A DNA stretch of 64,000 nucleotides. Origin: Antedon mediterranea. Its lineage: Eukaryota > Animalia > Echinodermata. Location: contig NC_092673.1 of the NCBI RefSeq assembly GCF_964355755.1, positions 4,092,001-4,156,000 on the forward strand, read 5' to 3'. Position numbers and translations under genes: made by a program. Below, piece after piece: positions 15,101 to 26,300 of the stretch (the stretch's first letter is position 1; the number at the start of each line of letters is the position of its first letter). The notes beneath the pieces were generated by a model. That model was not told the origin of the DNA, did not search any database, and saw only the letters and a program-made list of their open reading frames with translations.

Positions 15101-18100
15101 CTGAATCAGATTCCATTAATTCAACTGTAACTTTACTGTTCTTTTTCTTTTTATTTCCAAATTTAGGAAAGTGAAAATTGAAGATTCTCCGTTTTCGTTT
15201 TTTCATTTTCTTAGTTGTAACTTCTTTATGTTCATCGTCTGAGCTTGAACTAGGCGACGATGATGCATCAGAGATCTTACACTCTCCTTTAATCTCTGCA
15301 TCATTATTTTCTATATTGTGGTTGTCTTCTATTACTGGTAAGTTGTCACATGCTAAGTCGTCATTTGCTAAATTTGTATTTATTTCTGTCTCCTCCTTAT
15401 TTAAAATATCTGAATTGTTCATGTCATTTTCCATATCAAGTTCAAAATGGACTGATTTTCCAGGCGATTCAACATTTCTTTCTTTTGTGGTACATATTTC
15501 AGAGTCCTCAAATTGTTGAATATCAAAAGTGTTTTGTTCAATTCTTTCAATGCTAACTACTTCTTCTATTGCTTGTGATGTGATTTCTATCTTGCTGTTA
15601 TTTGGATTTTCTTCTTGTAATTCTGAAAATGAATTAATTGTTTTTGATAATTCTTCTAGAAGTTGTGCTGTGTTGATGTCCCGGACATGTTCTTTGTCAC
15701 TAGAAGGTAGAATTATTTTAGTTTCAACTTCTTCCATCACTTCAGTATTTTCTTCTTGCATAAAGTTTAAATTGTGTGTATACGATCCATCCATTTTATC
15801 TTCAATCGTAATTTCATCTGGCGCATCAACTTGGCATGTAGTCGCTTCTTTTGACATCACATTATCCACTGTAAATAATAAATATTAGTTTCAATACACA
15901 ATACATATAAGTGTATATATATATATATCCAAAGGCAAATTAATGAAAAAATGACAATGAAGTGGCTGGATCTCAATTGAGATACAAGATAGATTTTAAA
16001 AAACGCTAAATCAAAACAGTAAAGTAAAACAGCCAGAAAATGTGCAGAGCTTTCGGGCAACACTAACTAGTATACCCACTAGCCCTAATATACTTTTTTC
16101 TTTTTGTCTGTATGAATGAAACGCTTTTATATATTGAACTATGAATAATAAATCAAAATGTCAAATTGTATTATTGTTGTGTTATAACAGAGAAAGAAAC
16201 AAGCGCCTCATTAAGAAGTTTTAACGAGCTGCTAATGATGACAAAAGACAGTTATTTTACTTCGATGAGATAATACGCGCTTGTTCATAGCTATTGAATT
16301 TGGCTGAGCAACAGTGTTGCGGTGTTGGGTTACTGCTTGCTGTAGGTGTCATGCTGTGGGAAGTGCTTTTTACAGCTATACGGGTAATTAGGTTTATGGT
16401 TTACAAAACAAGTCTTAAATCTTAAAATATTTGGACATGGTCCAACTCCAATATTACAAATTTAGCTATAAACATTATTAAAGTAATGTATTAACTTTAC
16501 AGTTATATATTTAAATATCTTGCTCATTTTTCAATCAAATTTTTCTATAAATCCAGTATAAATGTCACAAAAACACAATAATTTAAATGTCTTTCCGGCA
16601 ATTTGTCTTTATAAACATCTTATACGTTAATTCATAATGAGAGTTTCCCTTTATATAACATTTTTAAATTACTGTATAGTTAGCTAAGCCAACACTATAT
16701 ATTTATTTTAACATTTGTTTGCATAATAACATTCACAATCCTCCTAATTACAGTACTGTAGTTAATTTTTCAAGAAAGTTTCGAAAGCTTACATCTTATT
16801 TTTATTTTTATTTTATTCATTTCGGCAATAGACATGAAATAATCATTGATTTATAACTACAATATGGGCAGAAATATTTAATAGTGTGCCTTATTTGACA
16901 CTCTCTCCATTTTATAAAAGTATTTTGCCTAATTTCTTTTTTTTATTTTGTTGAGATTAACATAATTAGGGAGATCTCCCTGACATAATATATGATACTA
17001 CCTACTGTATAGAAAAGTAGTTTGTAGTTTGACCTCTATATCCAACAAGAAAATCTATTTACAACTACCATCACTATATTCTCAGCAAGACACTCCACCC
17101 AAGTTCATGATTCAGTCTCACTAGGGAAACTTGTATTTGGTAAATTGAATAAAAACAGTCGTCTTTCTTGTTATCAAGTACAAATCAGATCAACCTTCTA
17201 GTCATTTTTTAAGAGCTTGGGGATTCCAACAAATGTTTATGTTTCTGTGAAACAGTCATTTTTCAAAATGTTGTCTTTTCATATTTTTTTGTGAACAGCA
17301 GGAGTTAATATCCAGCTGGCTCAAAACTCCAGAGAATGGAATTTTACAGTAGTAGCATTATGAAACGTAATACTATAAGGGATTCAAGTATTGGAAATTA
17401 TGTGAAATGAAATCTTGAAATGATTTTGAGAGGTGCAGGATTGTTCCTTTTAAAGATTGCCTTACTGTGTACATTTATTTTCTATATCAATATTAAACTA
17501 TTTATCTTCTTTATTGGCCTAGCATTCTCCTGAAGATGGTTGTAGCATAACATCCGGAATCATACTTTTATTTTCTTATGATCCAATTTAATTATTCTTA
17601 AGCTCTGTCTACACTATCAAACTTTATGTGACAAAAAAATGTGTCCATATATGGAGATGATGACGTCATATCACTACCATATTTGGGCATATAACTACAT
17701 ATACATCACAGTTTTTTTTATCAAACTACTTATTACCTTAATTTCCATCATTAATTCAGATATGAGTGTTACAATCTCTTACTTACCACCACCATTAAAT
17801 TGTATAGATAGTGTAGACGAGCTTTAGAATGAAGCCAACAAGAAGGGATGTGCCATATATGGGCTTTATGTACTATATTTATGAACTCTATTTCTAGTTT
17901 CAGCCTACTACATCCCAGGGAAAAATTTCATTTTAAAATTTTGTTTAGCAATATTGCTAATCAAACTGATTTTTGAGTCAAGGAACATAGTTTTGTATTG
18001 TATTTTTTGCTATACAATTTTCAAAATGTGTAGCAATAAGGTTGTTTTGTATAGCTTTTTGCTATGCTACACTGGCGAAATTATTCCCTGCATCCATGTT

Positions 18101-20893
18101 GATCTTTCCATGTCATCTCTATTTAGAATTCCTGCTGTAACCCCCTAAAGAACTATGAAACCCGATTTAGTTTGAGCATTGGTGGTCCAATTAGTCTGAG
18201 CTTAATGGATGAAAGTAATATAATGTTTATAATAAACTTGTAAACAAATCACATACTCTTTATATAATTTCAATGTATATAAATATTTTTCAAGTGTCTG
18301 TTGTGCTGATTTGATGAAACAAATGTTCCACCATCTGCAAATCAAACTTTATCACATCAGGTGAATATATTTTTTAAGTCTCTTTTTTTTTAACATCTGT
18401 TTTATGATATTATATTATTTTTAATTCCTTTTACTATTTTTAATTCTTATTACTAATGTTTTACTCTTTTTATAAAATTATAATATTAATGATGCATTTG
18501 TATTTTATCCTTTTGTCATACTGTCAGTATTTTACCTCTGTTTATGATATTTTATCGTATGATTGATTTTAAATATATAATTTAATGATATTAACAAACT
18601 TGTTACTGTTTTATTGAAAAGATATTATTGATATCATATTATGCAAAAAAAGTTCCCAATCAAATATGACAAATGTTTTAGTTTAAGTTTTTCTAATAAG
18701 GACGAAACGAAAGTAGAATCAGTTTTGACGGTTTTCAGAATTAGGCTTACCATACTCTTTTTCTGTATTCACAATCTGTATGTGATTTATGCGAGGTTAC
18801 TTATCATCCAAGATGGAATTTGTGGTATTTTTATCAAAACTTGGCAACTAATCAGTGGTTTCCCAGCAGGTTAGGGCAAACAAGGCCACAATACAGATTA
18901 GCACTCTCACTGGGCCATCCTCAAATAAACAGGTTGGCCTATAAACACTTTTATCATCAATACCAAATGTTTCATATCTTTTTACACCAATTAAATTCTA
19001 CTTACTCTACTAACAAGTACCAGAATATTTTTTTTTGCTGCAGAAATAACTGCTTTCATGGATGGATGTACTGTAATTGTGCACTCAGCCTATGTTATAA
19101 AGACTACTGTATATTAATTATCAGGATTTCCACATCGCCTCACACCCAAGAATCTTCTAGATACTTAAAAGTATGGTTTTATTTTACTTTTTCCCACCCA
19201 CCAACCCTTATTTTAAGGCTATATTCCTGTTTTATTAAATTGTATACATTTATATGTCATTCCAAAAACGCAATACCGTATAAAATATTATAAATTAGGT
19301 TCTTCAGAATTTTCGGTATTTTTTTAAACTTGATGTTTCTTTCTTTTCAATCAACCTAGACTGATTGATATTTTAATCAAAATTATCCCATTGAGATATA
19401 ACTCATTGTATACATTATCTCTTCACTGGTTTTTACTCTGATAGGATTGAGCTGCTGGGTGTTAAATTTAATATAAGATTATTTTAACATTCCAGTATTT
19501 TAAAAATAACTGTTTTTAATCAGAACCATAATGCTGACTTTGATCTATTTAATTTATACAATTTTGTACAATTACTCATACACATTTGGCCCATATTTAA
19601 GTACACTGTGTCGCTTTTCTTTACGCCCTTTGCTTAAATGGGCTCCTTGTCTATACTACTTTTGTTTTTGATGTACACCCCCTTTCAAACATTAACAAAA
19701 TTTATGGCCCATTTTTTATCAATTGCTATATTGTTCAGGCCAAAAATGGAAAGTTTCGATATAACTCATAAATGTCTTTATGACACTTTCTTTACCACTC
19801 AAGTTGAAAAGATGACAATGACATTACAATGATCAAACACAAATGAAAAAAAGCTTGTTAAAATGGGTTTTAAAATGGAATAAAGTTTATACAATGACAC
19901 AATGTTGTACTGTTTAAAGAAAACGAGTGTGCCGTATTTATATCAAAGAAATAAATTATAGATCTCATAAAATAAAATGAATAGCCATTGGTAGTACTGT
20001 AGTATGTATAGTAGCATTATAAGTTACACATGGCATCACTGGTGGTACGAATTAAAACATTTGACATTTGTTAAATATAGTAAGTTGTAAATGGAGATAT
20101 TTGTATTTGTAATGAGTACAATATAATTTTTAAAAATTAATAAAAATTTTTTTTTTTTATAACTTATTATTTATTAAAGATGGTCCTCTCCTAGAAGTAG
20201 TAGCCGCCCTATTATGGATACCCAATGAGGTAGTTCTACTGGCCTCTAGTCTAACTAGGATGGTCCTTTGGTCCATGAAAAGATGTATAAAATGTTAAAT
20301 ACCACCATCTATTCTAAAATAATACATTTTGGACTTATTATTGAGTTTCTTTGTCGTGCCTTGACCAAATGATACTTTGTTGTTTCTTGATTGTATACAA
20401 ATGTTGATTTTGATCGAAATAAATGTTGAATTTAATTATTCTTACCTTCTTTACTGCATGTAGGCCTATCAATTTCAAGGTTAATTTCTGCTATTCGAGC
20501 TTCATCATTAAAAACACTGACTTGAGCTGTTTCACTAATTTTATTCAAAGCATCATCATTTTTCTTAGCTTTTTCAGAAGCAGACTTCTTACTTTTCCCC
20601 TTTGACTTTTTTTTCCCTTTTTTCTTGCTTGACTTTGAAGTATTTTCATTCACAGGTTGAATAAAATTTACAGATTTCTTCTTTCCACTCATTTTTGGTG
20701 GAGTGAAATCCATAGTTTTCTCAGATTTATCATTAGTTGTTTGAAATTCTACATCACAACCAATATTATCCATGTTAGCTCCAACTGCATCATCCTCAAG
20801 TGCTTTGTGGATTCCTGTCACACCCGTGTCATCATTGGCGTTTACTTCAAATTTAAGCGAGGCAGAGATTACTTCATCATTTTTGTTCGACAT
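1..20893 (-). CDS. HSPA12: Heat shock 70 kDa protein 12 (HSPA12A/B)-like protein with giant acidic N-terminal extension; spliced gene, 3' end outside window
   Basis: Coding exons in transcript order: 20893-20446, 15868-9296, 7715-7309, 2013-1792, 1699-1513, 1183-993, 732-531, 144-<1. All junctions are GT-AG and phases match (1,1,0,0,1,0,1). HSPA12 hallmarks: [83 protein letters not shown]. An in-frame TAG lies 3 codons upstream of ATG 20893. About 2,790 codons fall inside the window. The Hsp70-domain part is secure; joining of the two upstream exons is inferred from splice sites and phase. Confidence 0.85.
531..732 (-). CDS. HSPA12: HSPA12-like exon
   Basis: [19 protein letters not shown]...VKWSPQ; tag acceptor and gtata donor. 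Confidence 0.93.
993..1183 (-). CDS. HSPA12: HSPA12-like exon (phosphate-2 motif)
   Basis: [19 protein letters not shown]...ASGGTFGSISVD...FIDEFK; AG/GT boundaries. Confidence 0.95.
1513..1699 (-). CDS. HSPA12: HSPA12-like exon
   Basis: [28 protein letters not shown]...; not in the ORF track, read from the sequence. Confidence 0.9.
1792..2013 (-). CDS. HSPA12: HSPA12-like exon
   Basis: NLDLDTEIEAGNG...[25 protein letters not shown]; ttgtag acceptor, gtaaat donor. Confidence 0.93.
2100..2275 (+). mobile_element. Possible decayed RTE-type LINE 3' fragment
   Basis: Purine-rich stretch reading GWRPLEDKKRSKGR, resembling the W-x-P...KRxRGRP motif at RTE ORF ends. The frame is broken. Confidence 0.3.
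7309..7715 (-). CDS. HSPA12: HSPA12-like exon (start of Hsp70-like NBD, phosphate-1 motif)
   Basis: ...[20 protein letters not shown]...KMPSTLLLTPEGEFHSFGFVARDFY...WLYFDNFKMPLHTNQ; gtaag donor; tandem AAGAAG acceptor, phase 1. Confidence 0.93.
8520..8690. repeat. Degenerate ~24-bp tandem repeat (ctcatgattttagtaaaactctta-like)
   Basis: The atgattttagt/actcttact core recurs about 5 times. Confidence 0.6.
9296..15868 (-). CDS. Giant exon (6,573 bp, 2,191 codons) encoding an acidic low-complexity region with recurring basic/Phe motifs
   Basis: Uninterrupted 2,207-aa ORF in AT-rich DNA. tttacag acceptor at 15869-15870 and perfect gtaagt donor at 9295-9290. Phase 1 at both ends. Confidence 0.88.
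17601..17823. mobile_element. MITE family A (PIF/Harbinger-like; TIR AGCTCTGTCTACACTATCAAAC)
   Basis: TTA-AGCTCTGTCTACACTATC ... GATAGTGTAGACGAGCT-TTA; internal catatcactaccatatttggg repeats. Confidence 0.85.
20446..20893 (-). CDS. First coding exon of the HSPA12-like gene (149 codons; acidic with a Lys-rich patch)
   Basis: 153-aa ORF MSNKNDEV... with the same composition as the giant exon. Phase-1 gtaag donor at 20445; ttcag acceptor at 20922-20923; upstream in-frame stop. Confidence 0.78.
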
Positions 20894-21108
20894 TTTGCCC
20901 TACCCCAAAGGCTTTACAAATCTGAATGAAATTCCAAGTTAGATTACTCCTTTATTACATAATGAAAACCTACATAAAACTTGGCACACATTTAAAGGTC
21001 AAATACTGTACGTACTCTGCTAAGCAATATACAAAGTGATTCTCTGTTGAGAGCAAACTTTGTTTGATGAAAACTTTGACCATCTGCTGATATATCTTGT
21101 GTACTTAC

Positions 21109-21250
21109 TCCACCTGTGCAGTTGTGGCGTTCAATGAGATTGGCCAAATCCTTTTATGACCTTGTTACATGAAATCCGAAACCCATGCATGTAGTGACTG
21201 GTAGAAGGTCATTGGATTACTGGGTTTACTAGGATGAACACCCATGAATA
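21109..21250 (-). other. Candidate 5' UTR exon of the HSPA12-like gene (5' end approximate)
   Basis: Perfect gtaagt donor at 21108-21103, just upstream of the acceptor at 20922. The exon start cannot be determined. Confidence 0.35.
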
Positions 21251-21570
21251 AAATTAAGTTATCAATTTATTTAAAAACTCCATTAATACACCTAAATAAT
21301 TATAGACCTTTTGATTTTAATGGATTCTTCATGTATGGTGATATGTATATTTTATACCTTTGGATTAAGGATTAAGTACATACATTTTTCAATGGATTGA
21401 TTGAAATGTTGATTGGAATATTGATTAGGATGAAAGTGATGTCATGCGTTATCATTATCTATTAATAGATAGATTAATATTTTTATGATATTCACATCCT
21501 CTCCATATAGAAATACTAAATTGAAATATAGTTACTTTAGTCCTAGAGGGCGCTACCACAAAAACTATGG

Positions 21571-22385
21571 CAGAGCCATATATATAAAGAGTTGCAACAT
21601 TGAAAATTAGAAGCCATTTTTGTGTCAAAGAATTCGCACGCTGAGGGCGCGCGCGTCTATTTCGTATAGCGTTTTCCTGTAGTTCATGCATTATTTTTAG
21701 ATTTTTTTGTCTATGAAATAACGCTTATATTCCGTTTTTATTTTAGTAATTGATTTTATTAATGGTATTAATTTGGTAACATATATATATTGTGTCTATA
21801 ATAACAAAAGAATAAATGCTAGGGCCTACATACAAGTCAGGATACATCAAGGCATGAACCAATACAAAAAACACACAAATTCACCCCTCTTTTTATACAG
21901 TATATGGCTCTCTGTGTGTTTTTGGCACAAACTTTCAGAGACTCGTTCATCATTTTATTTGTAATAATTTGCCTTTATTATTTTAATATTGTTCATACCT
22001 ATTCAATATATTAACAAATATATCCACGACACTTTATTATTTTATTTAGTCATCAAGCATGCATTATGAATTTAAAATGTTACATAATTGTTATTAACAG
22101 GACGTAGTTATGGGATGTTTCGTTCCAAAATCAATCAATCGAACTTTATAATGTACTAGCGCACGCGCGCGCAATATTCTTTGCCGCAAGTACTTCTTTA
22201 CGCTGTGCACATCGATATTTCACTGTAAAATGTGCAATTACATTTTTTTAAATATAAGAAAAAGTTTAAAGTATTTTCTTGCTCCTATTCTTTACATGCA
22301 TTAATGGAGACAAGTTTGACACAAATTGATCTGCATATCACGTGGCTATAATCCAATGTCGTAACTCTTTATATATATGGCTCTG
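21571..22385. mobile_element. Non-autonomous DNA transposon with 8-bp TSD (P- or hAT-type)
   Basis: ~32-bp TIRs CAGAGCCATATATATAAAGAGTTGCAACATTG and CAATGTCGTAACTCTTTATATATATGGCTCTG. Exact TSD AACTATGG at 21563-21570 and 22386-22393. Confidence 0.9.
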
Positions 22386-23028
22386 AACTATGGTAATAAC
22401 ATGTTTTTCCTTTTTTCTTCAGTTGTCTATTTTTAAGCAAATACTTTAAATAGACTTATGTTTGTATCTTGTTTATCTTGCTTTCTTTTCTTCAATTAGT
22501 GTTGTGCCACAATTTGTTGGAAATATAATATAAAATACAAAACAAGACATTTATACAAAATATAACCAGCTACTGTTTATGTTATTTACAAATATCTAAT
22601 CTTTATTCACCAATAAAAGTGTGTGTGTACTTTATATTTTATTATTATATATTTATATTATATATATTATCTCATACGTTTGGTATAAAAATAAATAATT
22701 GTTATCAAGTAAATACAGAGGTTTTTAGTAGCAATAAGAATGATAGAATATTTTTATTTATTTCTTTTCTTCAAAGTTTTCCACTTTATATTACTGTATA
22801 CCCACCTGGCATTTTCTAAAATAGTTATAGCGCCCTCAATTTTATTGAACTTTTCATTTGTAATATTGTACTTCTATCTGCTTGTAAAATTAATTTTGTT
22901 GCAATGCTATAAAAAGTGGCACAAATGTACGTAATTACTGTACCACTCATTTGTATGCACTTTCTTTTTCTCTAACAAACAAGAAATGGCACAACGCTGT
23001 CATAAATTGTTCAAAACCTTTTCCCCGG

Positions 23029-23313
23029 TTACGTAATTACCACCCCTTTGTATGCAACTTTCTTCCTCATCCCTTCAAGTAACGTCGGCCATAAGTAAGT
23101 CAAAATATGCTGTGATGAACGATTGCTACCAGGTGCACGTTGATGGCGCCCTTTATCGAATGTGATGTTGTCGTATTCAATCGTGTAAGGTTGTGGTTGG
23201 ATTGACAATTGCCAGGCAATGCGTACACATTGTTGGATGTAGTTGGTGAGAGGGATGGAGGACTTCAGAGTAGGGTATTCTGGTAGGGTAGAAAATAGTT
23301 TAGTGCTCACAGT
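23029..23313 (-). CDS. Terminal exon, MIEAP domain
   Basis: CVRIAWQLSIQ...YLWPTL...KGVVIT-stop; ccacag acceptor. Confidence 0.9.
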   Translation of the reverse strand, partial: TVSTKLFSTLPEYPTLKSSIPLTNYIQQCVRIAWQLSIQPQPYTIEYDNITFDKGRHQRAPGSNRSSQHILTYLWPTLLEGMRKKVAYKGVVIT

Positions 23314-26300
23314 CTGTGGAGAAAATGAAAGTTGGAATTTTAGTGTATGTGCCTACATTTATATTAAACCTTTAATTTGATGGATGAAATTTGTCATTGT
23401 ATATTATCATGATTCACCAGTGGAAAATTAGATAATAAATATTGTACTGTCTGTATATCCACCAGCTTGGTTTTTGTGGATGGACTTGTACAAACATTTA
23501 GTTTTTCAGTGATTTTTTGCAGTAGTAATAATACCATACCTGTGACATGTGATTAATGTCCATGTTGTCGTTAATTGTCCTTAAGAACATGAATATATTA
23601 GAATCCAAGGTGCGTGAATCGTCGGTAACTCGTAAGATGCTTCGCATGTTCTTCTTCATTAGGTAGAGTGAACTTTCGGCAGCACGAAATGCGAGCTAAA
23701 AGTAAATAACACAACAGATATGAAACTAGTATGTTGATATTACCATTCATTTTATTATTAATAGCATGTTATCAAGCCTGATTACATTGCTTTATATTTC
23801 TTCTACAGAATAATAACTTTATTCTTAAAGTGCGTTATTTACTAAAACCTTTAAATTTAAATAAATATACTGGCTTTGTTAATGAATTCAGGTTGATTTA
23901 ACCAATACATTAGTTCAATAGAAATGTGACAATACCCGTTTAAATGTATATGCATTATTGTAGATTTCCATATCCCTTGTAATTTATATTGTATTGTGCT
24001 AAATATGTTAATCTTGACAGCTTACACACAATAACACAAGCTCTGTTCCACTTGTATTTCTTCCTGTATTTTGTGTTTTGTTCTACGATGCAATTTATTA
24101 TGTACAGTAATATTGACATATTTTTATTATGGAAGCCATATCAGCCTATAATGCTATGTAGTGTAGTAATTCAATTTTATTTCTTTCTACAACATACTAC
24201 TGTTTCCAAATAGCACAGTAAATCAATTTCATGAAGTGAATATATACCTGTGTCAAATTCAATACTATAATATTAATGTTGGCATTGGGATAAAATAAAA
24301 ATATCAAATATATAGGCCATACTTTTTTCTTATGATTCTGACTGCACACAGTTTTGGCAATTTTGTTAGAATATTAACCCTCCCCACAATCATGTAGCCC
24401 TCCCCCCACCACCTTCTAAACATTGACAGTGATACCAATCCACATTGTACTTTAGATTTACCATAAACTTATTTCTCCATGGATATACTTACCACAATAA
24501 CTGAAAACAGAAGTTTATCTCTCAAATCATCACTGTGTTCAAACTGGTTCATATCAGTCATAATGTTTAGAACGGTCCATGCGTCGGCTCTCACTTCTGT
24601 GTAGAGCTTGTCGTATTCATACACCAGATTGCCAATGTTGTCATCTGGTACTTTACTGTCAATCACTACTTTGGTCTCATACTCTTCGTTTTTCTGAGTT
24701 TCCTCAGTTAATCTAAATTAAAATATATCAATAAACCCTCATGTATTAGTAATTGCCTACATAACATAATAACACTATATAAGAATCCATTAACCAATGT
24801 AACATTAATCACTAACATAATAAAAATGTAACCACAAATGTTACAAACTTCATTTAAACCATTTTGATATTTTCTGTTTTCTCATTTTTTGAGATCCTAT
24901 AGTGTGTATTAACAATCATTCCATTCAGTTGAATTGAGTAGTGTTTGAGTTATCCATTACCAGTACATTATATTGTTTTAAAGCTCTATATACACTATCA
25001 AACTAGTTTGACAAAAGAAATGTGATGTGCCCAAATATGGTACTGATATACCTAAATATGGTAGTGATATGACACCATTATGTCCATATATGGGCACATC
25101 ACATTTTTTGTCACATAACATTTGATAGTGTAGACAGAGCTCACAGTATACTCACTTTCTTATCATCTCGCTTTCTCTCTGCCGAAGCATGGTGATGTCT
25201 TCCATCGCTTTACTTAGCTCTTTCTTCATTCCTTCCATCTCCATCCGCAGGACTCTTTCTTGTTGCTCAAGTTTGTCCTTTTCTTTTTCTAATTCATGCT
25301 GAAGACTTATTTGTTTTTTCAGCAACTTTTCTACGTCCTCATGGTGATTGTTGTTGGTCTGAAGTGAATTACTTGTTTTGCTTGTGGTTTTCTGGTCTGC
25401 TTGTTTGGTGCTGCTATTTCTCATGCTACCTCTTCCAATTTTCTCTTCTGTAATTAAATAATCAAAGTAATTTGATGAATTAATAGCAATTCTAAATAAA
25501 ACCTCTTTAAAATTCATAATTGTCTGCGCCATTATTGTTGTTCTCTCCTTCTTATCAGTAATACATTAGGTTCGTACTGTAGACTATGTATTCTAGATTT
25601 ATTCTAAAGTTGTGTCTGCACTATCAAACTATATGTGACAAAAAATGTGATGTGGCCATATATGGACATGATGCTGCCATATTTGGTAATATCACTACCA
25701 CATCACGATTTGTTGTCAAACTAGTTTGATAGTATAGACAGAGCTTAGGTGGCATATTAAAAGATAGACAAGAATAAGATATGTGTTTTTTAAACAATAT
25801 TATATTAAATATAGTAGTGATGAATATGTTAGAATATTAGAATGCAATTAAATAGGAAAATTGATTTTTTTACTCTACAGTATTTGACATATAGCCTTGA
25901 AGAAATAGTAGGCCTACACTTCTTTCTGGCTGTTTTTTGCTTATTTTAAGTTAATAATAATAATATGGATTTATATACGCAACAACAAGACAAGTTCCAT
26001 CCACAGCATTGTCATTTGTTCAGTTATTTGCCTTTGGATTTATATTATAAATAAATATGAATATTTTGTATGATCTAATTCACTGCATTCCCAATTTATA
26101 ATGTTAGTACTGTATCTAACAATACAACATTTCTAATTAGATTCTGACAGTTGATATTTCGCTATAAGAACACAACCTAAGTGAAGAGTAGGCTTTGAGT
26201 TGTCAATAAAATTAAGTGTCACTGTACTGAAAACAGCATTATTTGCGGTGGCCATCAATAAGCCATTATTTTGAAAACAATTACACTGCTTTCAAATTTA

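Noticed and set aside
9964-15888. Several long plus-strand ORFs (up to 292 aa)
   Set aside because: They are antisense shadows of the giant exon: Ser/Phe/Leu-rich mirror composition, no splice support and no recognisable domain.
16256-16351. Short minus-strand ATG frame (MTPTASSNPTPQHCC...) as an alternative HSPA12 first exon
   Set aside because: It ends in a stop, and the only nearby GT gives phase 2, incompatible with the phase-1 acceptor at 15868.
18641-19832. Plus-strand ORFs of 64-157 aa in the HSPA12 intron
   Set aside because: AT-rich chance ORFs with no domain similarity or splice context.
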